A DNA stretch of 46,858 bases from an uncultured Verrucomicrobiae bacterium (GTDB lineage: Bacteria > Verrucomicrobiota > Verrucomicrobiia > Limisphaerales > JAFGQR01): positions 1 to 46,858 of the forward strand of contig CAWBHS010000066.1 in NCBI GenBank assembly GCA_963788655.1, given 5' to 3'. The notes beneath the pieces were generated by a model that worked only from the letters and a program-made list of their open reading frames with translations, was not told where the DNA came from and searched no databases. Positions 44,101 through 46,858 of the stretch are shown here, piece after piece. Each line of letters starts with the position of its first letter. Position 1 is the stretch's first letter. Both the position numbers and the translations under genes were made by a program.

Positions 44101-46858
44101 CCGGGGCGAACACCTTCGCCACCGTGACCGGCAACGCGAAGTATCCCTATTTTTCCGATGCGACGGATTACGCGAAGCAATACGCGGTCAATCCCAATTT
44201 GGGCGACTCGGGCCGCGATAACTACGGGACGCGGATGCGGGGCTTCCTGATCCCGCCGGAGAGCGGCGATTACCTGTTCCAACTGGCGGCGGACGACGCG
44301 GGCTCGTTAATCGTCAGTTCGACCGCCAGTGCCGCCGACGGCCAGACCGTGATCTCCGCCGAAGGCGATTGCGGGGCGTGCGGCGGGCCGGTTTCCACCG
44401 TGGCGGTGCCGCTGGTGGCGGGCGAACGGTATTACACCGAATCGCTCTTCAAGGAAGGCACGGGCGGGGATTACATTGTGATCCGCTGGGCGCTGCCGAG
44501 CAATCCAGGGAACTATGTGGCCATCAGTGGCGCCTACATGGGCGCCATGGCTGATCCGTCCACGGCGGCCAACCTCACCATCACCGAGGAACCGCAAACG
44601 CAGGATGTTTATCTGAACCAGATCATCCGGCTGAAGACGGTGGCCAGCAACGACCAGGGCGCGCCGCAGTCCTACCAATGGCTGGTGGATGGCGTCGTGG
44701 TGCCGGGCAACAACACGGATACGTTGCAATTGGTCTATACCGATCCGGCACTGGACGGCACGTCGGTGACGGTGCAATGCCGGGTGTCGGTGCCGGGCCG
44801 GATCGTCGAAACCACGCCGGCGGTGCTGAACCTTAACATTGACGACGTGCCGCCGGTGGCGGTGTCGGCCAGTGGCGGTCCGGCCTTCGATACGTTCACG
44901 ATCCAATTTGACGGCTTGATGAACCAGGCACGACGACCGATCCATTCGACTACGAGATCAGCGACGGGGTGAACCCGGCGTTGATCGTGACCGGCGGAAC
45001 GTTGAGTGCGGACAGACCAGGTAACGTTGACGCTGGACCCGAGCACGCCGCTGTTGGACTTCACCACCTACACGATGACAATCCTCGACGTGTTGGACGC
45101 CGGGCTGAACACCATCACCCCAATCCCTCCACGATCCAGTTCACCTCGCCCGCGCTGTTGGGCAGCATTCCGTTCGTGCTGGAAGAATATCCGGATGGCG
45201 CCTCGACCGACGTGAACATCCTGCTCAATTACGCGGGTTTCCCGGACAGTCCGGACGTGGTGACCCCGTTGACTCCGTTCGACACGACGGTGCCCTTCGG
45301 CACGACGGATCACCGGGACAATTACGGTGGGCGGGTGCAAGGCTATTTCATGCCGCCGGCCAGCGGCAACTACGACTTCTACATGAATAACGACGACGGC
45401 GCGTTCCTGTATATCAATCCCAACGGCATTGATCCGGCGGGCAAGGTGAAGATTGCCGAATTGAACCCGGCGTGCTGTCAGGCGTGGCCGGTGATCAGTT
45501 CGCTGGGCGTGTATCCCGACGGCATCCCACTGGAAGCCGGCAAGCCCTACTATCTGGAAGGCCTGTACCAGGAAGCGGCCGGCGGTGACTTGATTCAAGT
45601 GGCGACCCGGTTGCACGGCGATTCGAGTGTGCTGGCCGCCATCCCGGCGTCGCAGATCGCCCCCAGCCCGGTGCCGCCGGGACAATTCGGGGTCGTGACC
45701 ATCACCGAGCAACCCCAAAGCCAAAGCGTGGTGGCCTACCAGGCCTGCTTCAGTGTGGCCGGCACTTCCGAGATCGGTGGCATCGCGGCCTACCGGTGGT
45801 TCAAGAACGGCATGGAATTCCCCGGCGCCACCGGACCGACCCTATGCGCCTTCTTCGCGCCGGCGGACAATGGAGCGGCGCTTCAAGCCGAAGTGGCCAT
45901 TCCCGGTTACATCGCCCGCAGCGACGTGGCGACGGTGACGGTCGAGGACGACACCGTACCGCCAGTGGCGGTGGCGGCACAGGGAACCTCACCTTTGACC
46001 AAGCGATCATCACGTTCAATGAGCGGATGGATTTCGGCACGGCCACAGATCCGTTCGACTACGAGATCAGCGGTGGGGGGGACGTGCTCTTTGTGGTTGC
46101 GGTCGAACTGAGCGCGGACGAGACCACGGTAACCTTGACCCTGGACCCGACGACCTTGCAGCGGGAGAACACCGACTACACGGTGTTGTTCCTGGGGGTG
46201 ACGGACCTGGCCGGCAACGCGATGCCGGACGGCACGACAATCGCCTTCCACTCCTACGTGACCTACGAGTGCGCGGGGTTGCTCCTCGAAATGTATAACA
46301 CCGGAGGGGGCACGGTGGTGGCCGACCTGACCAACAATGCCGTGTTCCCGAACAACCCGGACGAAGTGCGGCTGCTCAACTCCTTTGACACGCGGGCCGA
46401 ACTGGGGACGGACAACTACCGGGACACCTACGGGGCGCGGCTGAGCGGCCTGTTTGTGCCCTCGGTGACGGGCCCATACGTGTTCTACAGCCACAGCGAC
46501 GACTCGGCGCAACTGTTCCTGAACCCCAACGGGATTGACCCGGCGGGACGGGTGCTGATAGCCCATGAAGACGGCTGCTGCAACGATTGGCCGACGATCA
46601 ATTCGCTCGGGTTGTTCCCCAACGGCATTCCGCTGCAAGCGGGCAAAGCCTATTAGGTTGAGGGCCTGTACAAAGAAGGCGGCGGGGGCGACTACATGCG
46701 CGTGGCGGCGGCGAGTCAGGGGCAGCAACCGATACGCTGGTGGCCATAGGCCTCCAAAACCTCGGCCAGTCGGCGGCGCAAGGCACCGCGGGCGAAGTGA
46801 CGATTACGGAACCGCCGCAGGGCCAGATTGTGGAAGAAAACCACGAAGCCTGCTTCTC
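41166..46858 (+). CDS. Giant secreted multidomain protein (lectin-like, discoidin-like, Ig-like and three PA14 domains), partial; indels from about 44930 onward and an internal TAG at 46654
   Basis: Signal peptide; WTKAGLMVRE lectin-like domain, IDNDSNTKYLNF discoidin-like domain, TQPQ..YQW..NG Ig repeats, RDNYG.R..G...PP.SG.Y.F....DD PA14 repeats continuing across ORFs 44969-46111 and 45796-46656. Confidence 0.85.

Noticed and set aside
42024..44282. 752-aa minus-strand ORF and many other long antisense ORFs (e.g. 32785-34140, 19877-21052)
   Set aside because: These are shadows of high-GC coding genes on the opposite strand, with no recognisable motifs.

Overview
GC-rich bacterial window whose gene content and repeats suggest Verrucomicrobiota/PVC (inference). 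It looks like a long-read assembly with patchy indel errors. From left to right: (1) the right part of an IS21-family element carrying istA, istB, a coupled DUF3991/TOPRIM primase-like gene and an upstream passenger ORF; it is inserted into and truncates a large secreted repeat protein. (2) Carbohydrate-related genes: alpha/beta-hydrolase esterase, galM, Tat-exported Gfo/Idh/MocA oxidoreductase and an FGE-sulfatase-domain protein. (3) A 14.6 kb cluster, the best candidate for an undescribed system. It has two bacterial microcompartment shell genes (BMC-H and EutN/CcmL), two DeoR regulators, a complete but atypical 2-oxoacid/acetoin-dehydrogenase-type complex (fused E1, E2, E3), a PHP-like protein, a class II aldolase-SDR fusion, an elongated Zn-ADH and an MtlD-like dehydrogenase. 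The aldehyde dehydrogenase, PduL and acetate kinase of canonical metabolosomes are absent from the window. (4) A beta-helix glycan enzyme, an orphan fcl, a PL11-like lyase and a PQQ-type propeller. (5) cbpA-clpB-hsp20. (6) A giant secreted Ig/PA14 multidomain protein running off the right edge. GTAG-type REP doublets occur in several intergenic regions. No rRNA, tRNA or CRISPR array was recognised.
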